Made by a program: the position numbers and the translations under genes. Source: Felis catus (Eukaryota). From it: DNA of 64,000 nucleotides. The notes beneath the pieces were generated by a model that saw only the letters and a program-made list of their open reading frames with translations, was not told the origin of the DNA and did no database searches. This document shows positions 25,140-38,141 of this stretch, piece after piece (position 1 is the first letter of the stretch; every line of letters starts with the position of its first letter). The DNA lies in NCBI RefSeq assembly GCF_018350175.1, contig NC_058368.1, positions 228,534,001 to 228,598,000 on the forward strand, in the 5' to 3' direction.

Positions 25140-25769
25140 TTAAATAGAGCTACTAATGTCCACTTTTCAAGAAGATTGTTTATATAGGAAATGCTATGTA
25201 AATCACTTAATATGGCAACTGACACGTATTTCCTATTATTATAAAGCATTCAATATATTCAATAAATGAATAAGTACTCATTATTAATATAAAAAAAAGT
25301 TTACAGGATACTTCGATTTAATTCCCAGTGAGATATAGCTTCTATAACACCATTCTAACACCGTTTGAAAAGGTGTTTTCAAAATTACCATTTGAGTTAC
25401 CATTGGCCTACTAATGACTTTAAATTTTTTCCACCTTTCAAGTTTCATTGCATTAGATTAATCCCATCATTTCGTTGCACAAGATTCTCTCTGTGTTAGA
25501 TTCTATGGTACATTAGCTCTTTTTATCCAGCGTTGGATCATCAGCAAATTTGAATGGCACGCCCACTTTATTCTACCAAAGGCATTGATAATTTTTAATG
25601 AAAATGAAGGATTTAGGTTCTGGTAGGAAAATAACAGCAGCATACTTTTGATATTTTCTCAAAACTCCTCTAGAAAAACAAGCAGAACAACCAGGGACTA
25701 TATATCAAAATTTAAAATTCTACAAAGAACATCTTCAGCACGGATCGGTGACAGGACTTCACGGTGCTC

Positions 25770-27165
25770 TGATTATGGTTGCTAAACAAACCATATTGGC
25801 CTCAGAGCTTAGTGGCACCAGACACCGACCACTTAATTATATGCCATGGTTTTATGAGTCACAGCTTTGAGTACTGCTGAGTTTTGTGTATCGTGAGGTA
25901 TCAGCAAAATCCACTCAGTAGTATTCAGTTAGTCTATGGGCTGGTATGGAGGGTCCAAATGGCTTCATTCTTGCCAGGGATGGCTGAAAGTTTGCCTTAG
26001 CTACAACTTTTGATGGAAAACCTATACATAGCCTTTCCAGTGTGGTGGTTCAGGACTGTATGAGAGAGTGTCCCAGAAAATCAGGCAGAAACTTCATGGT
26101 CTATTACAACCTCATCTCAGATGTCACATAGCATTACTCTTCTGTACTCTGTTAGTTGGCACCCTCCCATAGTAAAGGAGAGGTGGCATAGACCCTACCT
26201 CTGGATGGAAGCAGTTGCAAGGAATTTGTAGCCATGTTTTAAAACCACTGTAATATTTTTATGGCCACGGATTATTTACATTCCTTCTGAATGCAAAATA
26301 CCCTCCCTCCTTCCCAAGATCCTCCCCCCACCAACCCCACCAAGTCTCATCACATTATGGCATTAGCTCAGATTTGAGGTCAAGGATCTCATCCTACAGA
26401 TTAGGTGCTATGGATTCAGCACCTCTCAATCTGAAGACCAGTGGACCAAAGACACAAGTTCTTTGACCTTACCTGCCCCGGCCACACCTACATACCCTAT
26501 GCACAATGACAGGACAGATAAAAGTTAATTGGTAGAGAAACTCTTGAGAAAGGGGGAGGAACCAGGACACGCAGAAGTCACTGAAATCCAGCTGGACAAG
26601 TTACCACTCACTTTATTGGGGCTCGATCTTGCTCCTTGGTCAAGATTTTCTGTGGTTCTTGACTCTTGTTCTCTGGCCTCTTGGTTCTGCCCTGTACATC
26701 TGTGGCTATTGTTTACATATTCCCTCCATTACGACATTTGAAACTGAGTAGTTTTCTCAGCCTCCTTGCTACATGAAGAAATTTGTAAATCCAAAGTCCT
26801 TTTTTTCTTATTTTTTTTGCTTTTAATTTTATTAAATTTTCATCACTTTCTGTCCAAGTTGGTGCAATTTCTTTAAACACTACATATGTAGAAATATACC
26901 TATTTATAATCCACTCTGTCAGACCAAAGCTAGACCAGTGAATATGTGAGATATGTCTTCTATGTTGAGGTCTTTGTGAAGCTGCTGTTGGACAATACCC
27001 TTACGAGTCTTGGAAGCAGTATTGTCTACCCCAGAAGGACTAAGAAATAGCCTTAAGATTCTTAGATGTTGTTTTCTTTCACTGAGGTGGTATGTGAGGT
27101 ACCGCTTCACATATTTCTGAGATATTAACAAAGTGTCTTAAAGCCACATCCCTGATTCCCTGATG
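25770..27165 (-). mobile_element. MaLR LTR (MLT1F/G/H-like, about 25770-26250) with adjoining MLT1 internal sequence
   Basis: LTR edge 'ggaatttgtagccatgttttaaaaccac' followed by MLT-int motifs 'ggccacggattatttacattcc...atgcaaaatac...aagtctcatcacattatggcattagctcag'. Confidence 0.75.
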
Positions 27166-27166
27166 C

Positions 27167-27366
27167 CAGTGATTCTCATGGAGGAGAAGACACTTGGCAA
27201 TATTTAGAGAAATGTTTAGTTTTCACAAATCCGGAGATGCTATGGTCATCTAATTGGTAGACATCAAAGATTGTGATAAACATCGACAATGCACAAGATA
27301 GCCCACCTTGCACCAACAAGTGATTATTCCTCCCAAAATGTCTAGTATCAAGGTTGAGAAGCACTT
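27167..27366. mobile_element. hAT-Charlie MITE (MER20-like)
   Basis: 'cagtgattctca' ... 'gttgagaagcact' TIRs; 'taaacatcgacaatgcacaagatagccc'. Confidence 0.75.
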
Positions 27367-27489
27367 CTCTACAGTCATTGATTTTTTTTTTTTTGAGGAT
27401 ATTTTGCTGGAATGAAAGACTGCCCTAGAGTTATTACATTTCCTGCAAATGCTAATTTAAAGGTGAAAAATCTGTGCTTTTAGTTTAGC

Positions 27490-28700
27490 TCTCTTGTGAA
27501 GAGTATCCTCTTCCAGGTAAAAAACATACATATGCCATTTGTCTATTTCTATGCAACAACTAGACCAAAATTTACTGACATGAAACAACTACATATTGAT
27601 GAAACACATCTCATAATTTATAATATTGTCCCAGATTGGTCAACACTGAAAAATATTGAACTTTATAGATTGAAAAAAAAAAACTTTGGCTCTTTTGGCA
27701 AAAAAAAATTCAAATAATTTATAAGAAATAAAATATCAAAAGCAAAAAAATTATGCTAGGACCTAATGGAGCAACAGTTTTGTAAAATATGCCAAGGAAG
27801 GAAAGGTGAACCAAAGATTTTATATCAAGTCAAAGTTAAAACTTCAGGTAAAGAACCACAGGAAAGCAATAAAGAACTCAGGGTAGTTCAGGTGGGACCA
27901 CCGCAAGGCTTACTGCAAGGAGTTGCAGCCAATCACAAAACAACTGCAGAGACTAGCATGGTCTGGAGATGACCATAGAATGTATTTGTAGAACTAAAAG
28001 ATGGGATAAGGATTATAGACTAGTATAAGGGTTACAGGCACAGAAAAACAGAAATAACAAGTGAAACTGGCAGGATACGGATTTGGCAAGGAAACCAACT
28101 CTTAGGAATTTGGCAATTATGTAGAAGGAATTAAGCATCTGCTCGACTTTTCTATAAGAACTGTGTGTAAAATTGACTAAATAATCTAATTGATTCGTAA
28201 AAGTACTTCTTTACAGGACAATTTCATCTAATAAATCTGAAAGGAATGCTCAAATGAGAAAATCACTGCCTTGGCTTTAGCCTCGCACATGGATAGATAA
28301 ACCACTTGGTGAAATGTTATAGGGAATTTGACAAGTACAGGGTCAGGCTTTCCCCACCTGAAACTACCAATTTACCTTAATTTTAGTTGGATAGCTAGAA
28401 GTTCTATTCCTCTTAGTATGATGTAATATGAATTATATAACAACTCCTGAAATCTATGGGTGCCTAGGTGGCTGTCAGTGCTAAAAAATGGTTGCACTAT
28501 AATCTAACCAAGATTTTAGAACTCATTTTCCATTTATAGAAAATATGGAAACTAAGGAACAAGTAAATATATACTGTGAGGGAACAAACAAATCCACAGT
28601 ATGAAATATTCTGGAGAACAATTGATCCAGTCCCTGTAGCAAGTCAAGAGTGTGCATAAAAAGGGCATGGAGAAAGCAATGCTTTGTATTCATATTGTGG
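27490..28700 (+). mobile_element. Old L1-related fragments (HAL1/L1ME-like)
   Basis: ORF1-like 'aatggagcaac...gaaaggtgaaccaaagattttatatcaagtcaaagtt' and L1ME 3'-UTR-like 'tgatgtaatatgaa...aatctaaccaag...gaaatattct'. Confidence 0.5.
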
Positions 28701-28989
28701 ATCCAAATAAATTGTATCTACTGTATTTGGTTGTTATGTTGTGTGCAAGTACATGTTATTTGTTTCTTAGATAGCTTATTATTGCCTGTATTTACCTTTG
28801 CCTTGTTATTTACAGCTTTGTTGGGACACAAGTCTCTAATGTGCTTACTGGAGAACTGTTCTCTAGATACATTGGTAATGACAATCGTTAGTTGTCCAGG
28901 AACTATGTGACAGACACTGAGCTGGGTCCTGGAGAAAACATGCAAATGTAACCAGGAGTGAGTCTGTCTTTTAGAATTGACCAACCTCC

Positions 28990-29460
28990 ACTTTCTATTT
29001 GCTTTACTGCTGGGCTCTCTGGGTTTACTGTGCATATGCATAATTTGACATTCAGCCAGGAAGAGGGTGGGGGTGGGGGAGCCAAGGGCATTTTACCCAG
29101 ATTTTTGACCTCAGATCTTCCAAGGTTATCTTGCCTCTAGGATTTGTTCCTTTAATAGTCTAGTCATCTGCTCTGATGCCCCGAGTTTTATCATTGACTA
29201 TTTCAAAGTATAAGACTGCAGTTTTCTGTCGTCACAGCTGGGTGACTTGAGGAATTGCTCTGAGGCTAAAAAGCCATCAGCCCACAATTCTTAGTGAAAT
29301 AGGTATCTTTCAGGTGTAAACTCTCTTCAAGTTTCTCCTCACTTTGCCTGTTTTCTATTGCTTTCACTGTTTTGTGAAAGTATTGTATTGTTCAAGTTTT
29401 GTAATTATTATCTGATGGTTACACTGCCAGACCTCTGTCTGCCATCATTACTGCAAATTT
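28990..29460 (-). mobile_element. Old L1 (L1MD/ME-like) 5' UTR fragment
   Basis: 'ctgtgcatatgcataatt', 'ggaattgctctgaggctaaaaagcc', 'ctgccatcattactg'. Confidence 0.45.
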
Positions 29461-29940
29461 GGCCTTCTTTCCCCCTATGCCACTTTTTGGCAAAAAATGA
29501 TAACCAAGTGTTTCATGAGATTTTAGACTTGAATCTGAAGAATGACTAGGTCGCTACAAGATTTTCACAGTTTATTCGGGGTCCATATTCACCCAGGTAC
29601 AGGGCTTAAAATACTTTTCTAACAGATGAATTTTCTCATCTTTTTTTCCCCCTTTGTCCATTGTATGTTAATGACAAAAATACTTCCAATGACTAGATAT
29701 AAATATATTCTGGAGAGGGAAATATTTCAATAATGGTAAAATTTAACAGTTTTTCTGTGTTAGATAAAGACCTTCTACATTTAGCTAAGACTATTGTAAA
29801 TACTCCAGGAGAATAATAATGTAAAAAAATCAGGTATAATAATATCTCAATTATACAGAATTATATATCTGATCATATGTCATTTCATGAATTTTGCTTG
29901 AAGTCACTGGGATGAGATGTGTTTAAAATTTCTGTAGTTT

Positions 29941-30170
29941 TTATTTTATTTTTTCGTTATTTTTTTAAAATGTTTATTTATTTATTTTGAGAGAGAGAGA
30001 GAGAGAGAGACCAGGGAGGGAGAGAGAGAGAGGGAGACAAAGAATCTCGTGAGGTTCTGCACTGTCAGTATAGAACCTAGTGAAGGGCTTGAACTCACAA
30101 ACTGTGAGATCATGAACTGAACCAAATTCAAGAGTCAGATGCTTAGCCCACTGAGCCACCCAGACACTCC
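29941..30170 (-). mobile_element. Can-SINE
   Basis: tail, (AG)n, head 'ctgagccacccagacactcc'; TSD aaatttctgtagttt / aaattctgtagcttt. Confidence 0.93.
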
Positions 30171-30496
30171 CAAATTCTGTAGCTTTTAGATTTTAGAAAG
30201 GCAATATCTGATTACTTAATACTTCAACACATACCGTAATCAAATCTACTAATATTTCTACTGTAAAATGTATAAGCATTACATTAATGGAATGAATGGT
30301 GAATATACACAAATTCATGCCAGGACTTATCAGGATTTGTCCCCAAAACTACAGGATTGGGTAGTTTCAATGAATTTTTACTTTTTTTTTTTGCAATACT
30401 TCTAATTGTTTTTAATGTTTTTATAATTAGATGTATTATTTAGGTGACATTAAAAAGTGTTTTTTAAAAATGTTTTATAAAATATTTATGCTGTCA

Positions 30497-30720
30497 GGGT
30501 ACCTGGGTGGCTAAGTCAATTAAGCATCTGACTCTTGATTTTGGCTCAGGTCATGATCTCAGTAATGAGATTGAGCCCCACATTGGGCTTATTGCTGGCC
30601 ATGGAGCCTGCTTGGGATTCTCTCTCTCCCTCACCCTCTGCCCCTCCCCTGCTTTTGTGTGCACTGTCTCCCTCTCTTTCAAAAAAATAAATAAAAAGTA
30701 AAAATAAAAAGCTAAAAAAA
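30497..30720 (+). mobile_element. Can-SINE (older subfamily)
   Basis: gggtacctgggtggct head, 'ctcttgattttggctcaggtcatgatctc', A-rich tail. Confidence 0.93.
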
Positions 30721-30787
30721 ATTTAACTTGTCATTAGGACCTCTATTAAATGGATTTTGCATTTAGGTTTCAAAGTTTTTAAAACCA

Positions 30788-30991
30788 TTTTTTTAATGTT
30801 TGTTTATTTTCGAGAGAGAAAGAGAGAGAGAGAGCACAACCAGGGGAGGGCCAGAGAGGGAGAGGGAGACACAGAATCTAAAGCTGGCTCCAGGCTCTGA
30901 GCTGTCAGCACAGAGCCCGACATGGGGCTCGAACCCATGAGCTATGAGATCATGACCTGACGCTTAACCAACTTAGCCACCCAGGAGCCCC
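30788..30991 (-). mobile_element. Can-SINE
   Basis: 20-bp TSD tagRtttcaaagtttttaaa (30764-30783 / 30992-31011). Confidence 0.95.
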
Positions 30992-32340
30992 TAGATTTCA
31001 AAGTTTTTAAATTCAATTCCATGGTATTTAGGTAAGTTAAGATTACATAGTAACAGATCATTGCTTTGTTGAAGTCTTGCTTTAATGAATGAATGATGGT
31101 GGTTGAATCATGATTTATACGTCAAAGCACCAGGTAAGCATGGCTGGTCACTGACATGCTTTTTTTTTTTTTTTTTTACTGGTTCAGAATATTTATTTAA
31201 AAGGTAGATTCTATTGAGGTGCTTGAAAGAGATTTGCTTCTTGAAATGTCTCCAGTCTTGTTCACTCTATCCTTTTGCTAGTTGAGTCTATTTTCCCATG
31301 TATAATGCAAAGATATATTTTCTCTTAGTCTTTGCTTGACTATAAATAACAAATTAAGTAAGTCTCTATAAGTGAAATTTGACAATGCCTGCTAACTAAC
31401 ATGTTTTCTCATTTCCATAAACTTTTGCTAAGAACTGATAAGTATAGTTCTCTCTTCCTTGTTCAACCTGCTATCCCAGTAAATTCTTCAGTGCCCTTGG
31501 ACTTGATTCTCATTCCCTCCTATTTCCCTGGATGACTGATCTGCATTCTTTGAACTTGGTAGAGGCCTTATACATGAAAGAAATAGGCAGGGTTAAAAAA
31601 GGAATAGAAGAATCAGAGCATGGAATTTCATGCTGGGAGATTTTGGTACAGAGAGAACAGGTGTGGTTATCTTTATACGAGTTGTCTCCAAATGTTTTTC
31701 TACTTACACATGTAAAAAATGTATGTGTAACTTTGGTATTTTGTTCATATTTGATATATGGTTAATAGGATGAAAATGGAAAGTTTAAGCATTTATAGAA
31801 AATGTACTATTTTCTGCTCTGCTTGCTAAATAGTTACATACAGGGATATAGAAGAAAATGAGTTTCCTTTGAAAAGCATAGTAGCTCTGTGTGATGTAGG
31901 ATGCTTTATCTCATAAATCAGTGTAGATTTCTATGGTTGTAACTCTTGCTGTATTGTGGATAGTAACATTTTCACACATATACAAAATGTGTGTGCTATT
32001 TTCTGGAAAACAGATTTTTTTAACAATTGGCTAAGAATTAGAAAATTATATGCCTACACTCTAATTTTGCCTTGTATAGAAAATCACTGGAAGCAGTCTG
32101 TCATTTCCAGCTAGCTTAATTAATAAATAATCTTGAAGAAACAGGAGATTGTTAGCACAGGAATTTTGAGAAGTCAAGTCTTGAGTTAGTCATTTTATAT
32201 ATCTAATAGATATAATAGTTATCCAATATTTTTTCTTATAAAATTTAAATTAAATGTAAATATCTACTTATTGGATATCTTACCATAAAGTTGAATTTTT
32301 TTCTAAGATTGTTTACCAAGCAAAACAAGAAGTTTTCTTT

Positions 32341-32563
32341 TTTTTTTTTAATTTCTTTTTTCAACGTTTATTTATTTTTGGGACAGAGAGAGACAGAGCA
32401 TGAACTGGGGAGGGGCAGAGAGAGAGGGAGACACAGAATCGGAAACAGGCTCCAGGCTCCGAGCCATCAGCCCAGAGCCCGACGCGGGGCTCGAACTCAC
32501 GACCGCGAGATCGTGACCTGGCTGAAGTTGGACGCTTAACCGACTGCGCCACCCAGGCGCCCC
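32341..32563 (-). mobile_element. Young felid Can-SINE (SINEC_Fc)
   Basis: CpG-rich, 'gagccatcagcccagagcccgacgcggggctcg...cgactgcgccacccaggcgcccc'; TSD aRgaagttttcttt (32327-32340 / 32564-32577). Confidence 0.97.
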
Positions 32564-32682
32564 AGGAAGTTTTCTTTATAATGGCAAATGGTTTGCATTA
32601 ATGGTTATGAAGATTGTTAATTTGAAAACAAGACTACAATACATTTGTTATTTAAAAAATTTACATTTTTGAAAGACTTATC

Positions 32683-32688
<6 letters not shown>

Positions 32689-32729
<41 letters not shown>
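32689..32729. repeat. (AT)n microsatellite
   Basis: direct reading. Confidence 0.97.
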
Positions 32730-32732
<3 letters not shown>

Positions 32733-33096
32733 GAAAGGATGATCTCTTCAATGAATGGTGTTGGGCAAACAGGACAACCACATGTAAGAAAATGAAACTG
32801 GACCCCATCTTTCACCATATGTAAACATCAACTGAATTTATGGATTACTGGATTTAAGACGTGAATGTAAGACCTGAAGCCATAAAACTCCTAGAAGAAA
32901 ACATAGGAGGTAAACTTCTTGACATTGGTCCTGGCAATGGTTTTTTGGATTTGACGCTAAAAGCAAAAATAAACAAGTAGGACTACATCAAACCAAAAAA
33001 TTTCTTGCACAGCAATGGAAACCAACAAAATGAAGAGGCAAACTACAAAATGGAAGAACATATTTGAAAATCATATATCTGTAAAGAGTTAATATC

Positions 33097-33291
33097 GGGG
33101 CACCTGGGTGGTTCAGCCAGTTAAGCATCTGGCTCTTGAGTTTGGCTCAGGTCATGATCTCATAGTTCATGAGTCTGAGCCCCACATCAAGCTCTGTGCT
33201 GACCACTCAGAGCCTGCATGGAATTCTCTCTCTCTCCTCTCTCCCTGCCCCTCCCCCCACTCTCTCTTTCTCGAAAATAAACATTAAAAAA
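33097..33291 (+). mobile_element. Can-SINE inside L1
   Basis: ggggcacctgggtgg head; TSD aaagagttaat. Confidence 0.94.
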
Positions 33292-33406
33292 GAGTTAATT
33301 TCTGAAATATATGAAGAACTCCTATAACTTAGTAGCAGAAAACAATCTGATTAAAAAACAGACAGAGGAATGGAATAGGTATGTTTTTAAAGACATTAGC
33401 AATGGG

Positions 33407-33625
33407 AGGATGCCTGAGTGGCTCAGTCAGTTAAAGGTCTGACTTCGGCTCAGGTCACGATCTTGTGGTTTGTGAGTTCAAGCTCTGCATTGGGCTTTGT
33501 GCTGACAGCTCAGAGCCTGGAGCCTGCTTCGGATTCTGGGTCCCCCTCTCTGCTCGTCCCCTGCTCTCACTCTGTCTCTCTCTATCTCAAAAATAAAAAA
33601 GCATTAAAAAATCAAAAGAAAAAGA
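33407..33625 (+). mobile_element. Can-SINE inside L1
   Basis: tgcctgagtggctcagtcagttaa head; tgctgacagctcagagcctggagcc body. Confidence 0.94.
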
Positions 33626-34047
33626 AGATATGGAAATGACCAGCAGATACATGAAAATGTGCTCAATATCTTTAATCATCGGGGAAGGTCAAATTAAAAC
33701 CACAATGAAGTATCACCTCACACTGATTAGAATAGTTGTCATCCAGAAGACAAGAGACAAGAAAGATTGGTGAGGATGTGAAGAAAAGGGAACATTTATG
33801 CACTGTTGGTGGGAATGGACACTGGTGCAGCCACTGTGAAAAACAGTATGGGGGTTCCTTAATTGAAAATAGAGCTACCATGTGATCCTGCAATTCTAGT
33901 TCTGGGTATTTATTCAAAGGGCATGAAATCAGGATCTGAAAGATATATCTGCACCTTCATGTTCATTGAAGCATTATTTGTAATAGTCAAGGCATGGAAA
34001 CACCCTAAGTCTCCATCAATGGATAAATGGATGAAGAATATGTTATA

Positions 34048-34268
34048 GGGGAGCCTGTGTGGCTCAGTCGGTTAAGCATCTGATGTCAGCTCGGGTCACG
34101 ATCTCACGGTTCATGGGTGGGAGCCCCGCGTCCCGCTCTGTGCTGACAGCTAGGAGCCTGGAGCCTGCTTTGGATTCTGTGTCTCCCTCTTCTTTCTGCC
34201 CCTCCCCAGATCATACTCTGACACTATCTTTCTCTCTCAAAAATAAACATTAAATTTTTTTTGAAAAA
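34048..34268 (+). mobile_element. Can-SINE inside L1
   Basis: ggggagcctgtgtggctcagtcggttaagc head; TSD aagaat(at)gttata. Confidence 0.94.
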
Positions 34269-35090
34269 GAATGTTATACACACATGCACACACACGTACA
34301 TACACACAGTAGAATATTATTCAACCACGAGAAAGAGAGAAATTCTACCATTTGTGATAACATGAATGGATCTTGAGAATATTGCTAAATGAAGTTAGCC
34401 AGAAAGAAAAAGACAAATACTGCATAGCATCTGTGGAATCTAAGAAAAAAAAATTGAACTCTTAGAAACTGCACAGAAAAGTGGTTACTAATGGCATAGA
34501 AAACTGGTTACTAAGGGTGGAGGAAATAGGGAGAGGTTGGTAAAGGGTATAAACTTTCAGGTATAAAATGGATGCTATAGATGAGGATCTAATGTAAATC
34601 ACGATGGTTAGAGTTGATAACCATATTGTATCATTCAAATTTGCTGAGAGTAGCATTTAAATGTTCTCACCAAAAATAATAAATAAGTAAGCAAATAAAT
34701 AAATAAAGTGATGGATGGCTTAATTAAGTAGATGCTGCTATAAATCCATTCACAATGTATACATATATCAAATTACCATGATGCACACTTTAAATATCTT
34801 CCAATTTTGTCAATTATACATCAACAAAGCTGCAAAAAATAAAGTGGAAAAAGAAAACGAAACAAACAAAAAAAGCCAAAAGAAAGATTTATTGTAAAAA
34901 ATTATGTTTACTCAAATGTGTAACCTTTTCCAGTTTTCTTTGATTCACTAAGTGTGGGTTACAATTCGTCATTAATGGCATCACTGCTGTAGTTCTAATT
35001 ATTTTCACTAGTTGACAAAGACTATGCGTATCTTCACAAAGCTAAATGTCACTATAACAGATTAACTTTAAAACCAGTGCAAAATCTCAC

Positions 35091-35205
35091 GTTTGTCTCT
35101 GCAGAAGTCAAATCCCTGTCGTAGAGGATTCCAGGCACCGTGTGGCTCATCCCACTTACTGCCACTCCAGTCATACCTTTTCATCCAATCACCTCAACAG
35201 TGTGT
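35091..35205 (-). other. Candidate exon (unidentified transcript)
   Basis: acceptor 'atattccacccaacag|', donor AAC|gtgaga, internal alternative donor GCA|gtaagt at 35159; non-repeat sequence. Confidence 0.25.
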
Positions 35206-35562
35206 CTGTTGGGTGGAATATGCATGTTTCTACTGTTGTGATATTAAATTCACTGACACTTAGACTAACAACTCTATTTAGGAGAGGGAAGTGATTTCGG
35301 TACACAGACAATACAGTCTGTTCCCACAAAAGCAGGAACAGCTGAGAGGAACCTTCTTAGAGTTCTGATCATTATTTTCCTTAGTAGCCAAACAGGCAGG
35401 ATTGTGTTGCAGGGAGTGGTTGACCAGTTGGACCCAATGGCCCAGTGTGACTTGTTTGCCTCATTGGAATCACACAAATTCTAGATAGCTTTTTGTAGTA
35501 TTTATGTTAAAGTAGAAGTTTCAGAGGCTAATAATATGATCACATTCAAATATATAAAAAAC

Positions 35563-35980
35563 ATGTTTCAGATTGTTATTTAATTTATTAATGAAGAAAC
35601 CAGGGGGTGGTAAATCCCATTCAAAAGAAAAGTTGTTGGACATACTGTGTATAGTCAGTAGAATAAATAATGCTAGAATAAGATTACTAGATAAGATACA
35701 AAACTGGTTAGTGTCCTGCAGAGCAATAAAACTATAACCTTTACTAACTTTACTGTCAGATGGAAATGATTTGCATCTCTAACAGCCAAAATCACTTATA
35801 ATTTATTAATCTTCTGTAAGTCTAACTTTAAGCAGTCTTGGCCTGACAAATATTAATCAGTAAGTCAACCAAGGGTACATTAAATGATTAGGTAATATTA
35901 GGTTGGGTCTATTTGACAATGCATCATTGTAATATTGAAACCACACCAATTTTAGCTCTATTTTCAAGTATCAGATAATA
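35563..35980 (-). mobile_element. Old ERV LTR remnant (LTR37-like)
   Basis: 'tgtttcagattgttatttaatttattaatgaagaaaccag' resembles the reverse-complemented LTR37 3' end. Confidence 0.35.
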
Positions 35981-36599
35981 CTGTATTAACAATTACCATT
36001 TATTATAAACTGAAACCGTCCCCCACTTTTACCTTTTAATTTTTTTTGGAGGCAGAACTACATTTTCCAGAGAACCACCAAATCCTGAGTTTCCATGGTA
36101 TCATCATGGACTGATACAAACAATTGTCTATGGGGTTTTGAAATAACTTTTAAAAAGGATTGGCACTTCTCTAATTTTGGATTTGCTTCTTTTACATTAG
36201 CAACAGGTAACGTTATAGCAATTTGCTTACGTTTTAGTTTAATTTTGTACTTTTCAATTTGAGTAGTTTTAGGATGCTGGGATATTTTTCTGGGGCCCAG
36301 ATAGCAACGCTAGAGATGGTCAAGTTCAAGGAACTACATTGAAAACAATACTGGAAAAGAAAAGATAGTGTTGCACTTCCACAGTAGGTATTTATGTTTC
36401 TAGTTATTTCTTCAGTTTGTAAGCTTTGAAAACAATGATGAAATCTGTGGAAGTCCATGGTACATGCATTAGTATTATATTCAGGAAATTTCAGAGCTTA
36501 AAAAATATATACATATAGTTATGGGATTTATTTTGCTAGGTAATTTTGCCATAAGTTTACTGTGGCTGTGTTTTCAACACCACATTCTAGCTTTGGAAC

Positions 36600-36790
36600 G
36601 AGTAAGTCATGGATATAAAAGACACAGTATAAGGATTACAGTTAGTGGTATTGTAATAGCATTGCATTGGGACAGATGGTAGCTGTCCTTGTGGTGAGCA
36701 GAGCATAATGTACAAACTTGTTGAGTCACTGTGTTGACCTGACACTAATATAACGTTGTGTGCCAACTACACTCAAATAAAAAAAAAAAA
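36600..36790 (+). mobile_element. Short L1 3' end (carnivore L1_Carn/L1MA9-like)
   Basis: 'gggacagatggtagct...tgtggtgagcagagcataatgtacaaacttgttgagtcactgtgttg...caactacactcaaataaaaaa'. Confidence 0.85.
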
Positions 36791-37339
36791 GGAGAGCCTC
36801 AAATTCAGTGTAGCACAGAATGGAGAATGGCACTGCTATTGAGAGCAAAGGGAAATGAAAGGACAATAGTTTTAGGAAGGAGTCCATGTTAGGCATGTTG
36901 AATATGAGGTGTTGTTTTGGAGGAGAAGGAGGTCAGAGAGGTAACCCAGTCTAAATGCTTCATAGTACAAATGAAGAAACTGAAAGTCAGTTTGGGCTTA
37001 GAGGCCCAACTGCAGATAAATATGCATAAGTCATCAGCAGGTGGAGATAAAGCTTTGGGTACGAATGAAATCACAGAGAGAAACCGTGTAGATGATAAAA
37101 AGAGAAGGAAGGCAGACCTTTGTCAAATAACTACATTTTTTGAGATAGAAGAGTAAGAAACCAGGAAAGGGAGACAAGTCAAGGAGTGTTAACATGTAGG
37201 ATTAAAAAAAAGGTCAGAGCTATGCCTTACAAATGTTGAGTATTGTTGAGCATTAAGTATCTTTACATCTCAAAGTAGGAGTAAAGGCCATTGACTTTTA
37301 TCCGTTAACTCATTTAGTAGCCTTCTCACTCAAAAAGTA

Positions 37340-37640
37340 TTTTCTCACTCAAAAAGTATTTATTGAAGTCTTTATAATATTCACAGTCCTTTGCTAGGTA
37401 TTTAAGATATGATAACAAGTAAAAGGAAAGGTGTGATCTGTGTCCCTGCATGGCGTTCAGTCTTGTGGAGGAGAATAACAGATATATATATACAAAAGAA
37501 TCACACACATAAATATTCTGCAGGTGTAGTAAGTACTAAGAATGAATGATTCAAGTCACTATGGCGTTGGAGGATGTGGGGGGGTACATGTGAGGGGCTG
37601 GGTGGTGGAGGACAGAGAGTCAAGAAAGATCTTCCTTTAG
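37340..37640 (-). mobile_element. L2 3' fragment
   Basis: 'ctcaaaaagtatttattga...tgctaggta...gtccctgcatggcgttcagtcttgtggagg'. Confidence 0.6.
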
Positions 37641-37649
37641 ATTATGATC

Positions 37650-37859
37650 TTTTATTCAAAGTTTATTTATTTTTGAGAGAGCAAGAGAGTACACACATGA
37701 ACAGGAGAGAGGCTGAAAGAGAGGGGGAGAGCGAGAGAGACTCCCAAGCAGGCTCCATGGTGTCAGCCCAGAGCCCAACTTGAGATTCCATCTCAGGAGT
37801 CATGAGGTCATGACCTGAGCCAAAATCAAGAATCAGAAGCTGAGCCACCCAGGCACCCC
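37650..37859 (-). mobile_element. Can-SINE
   Basis: head 'tgagccacccaggcacccc'; TSD ttatgatctttt. Confidence 0.93.
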
Positions 37860-38141
37860 AAAGTTATGATCTTTTAACTTGGAGCTCAGATGAGCAGTTT
37901 TGAAGGAGACATAGGATGGTAGCCTTAGGGACTATATTTTTTTTAAATATTTTTTGTTTTTGTTTTTTTGTTTTCAGGTGGAAGAATCAAGCACAGGGGC
38001 CTTTAACTCACTTGTGAACACCTTTGAACTATTAAATTCTGCATTTTCCCAGACTACACCATTATGGACCCCTTCTTGGGAACCCCACTCACATATATTT
38101 ATATAATTATTACATGGTTGTAACTGGCCAGAGACTCTTAC

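Larger units (their letters stand above)
32730..34845 (+). mobile_element. L1 (L1MA9/L1_Carn-like) 3' fragment: ORF2 C-terminus plus 3' UTR, carrying three SINE insertions
   Basis: 'ctcttcaatgaatggtgttggg', 'cataaaactcctagaagaaaacatagg', ORF 33863-34048 KIELPCDPAILVLGIY, 3' UTR 'gaggatctaatgta...aaatttgctgagagtag'. Confidence 0.92.

Noticed and set aside
18675..25790. Two HAL1-like 5' fragments, each interrupted by an MLT1 LTR shortly after a 'ggtgaca' motif
   Set aside because: Family calls are uncertain and the insertion points differ; probably coincidence
37978..38106. Strong plus-strand acceptor (ttttgttttcag) followed by a 42-codon open frame
   Set aside because: The pyrimidine tract is a simple T-rich run, there is no donor and no homology, and it lies next to an opposite-strand candidate
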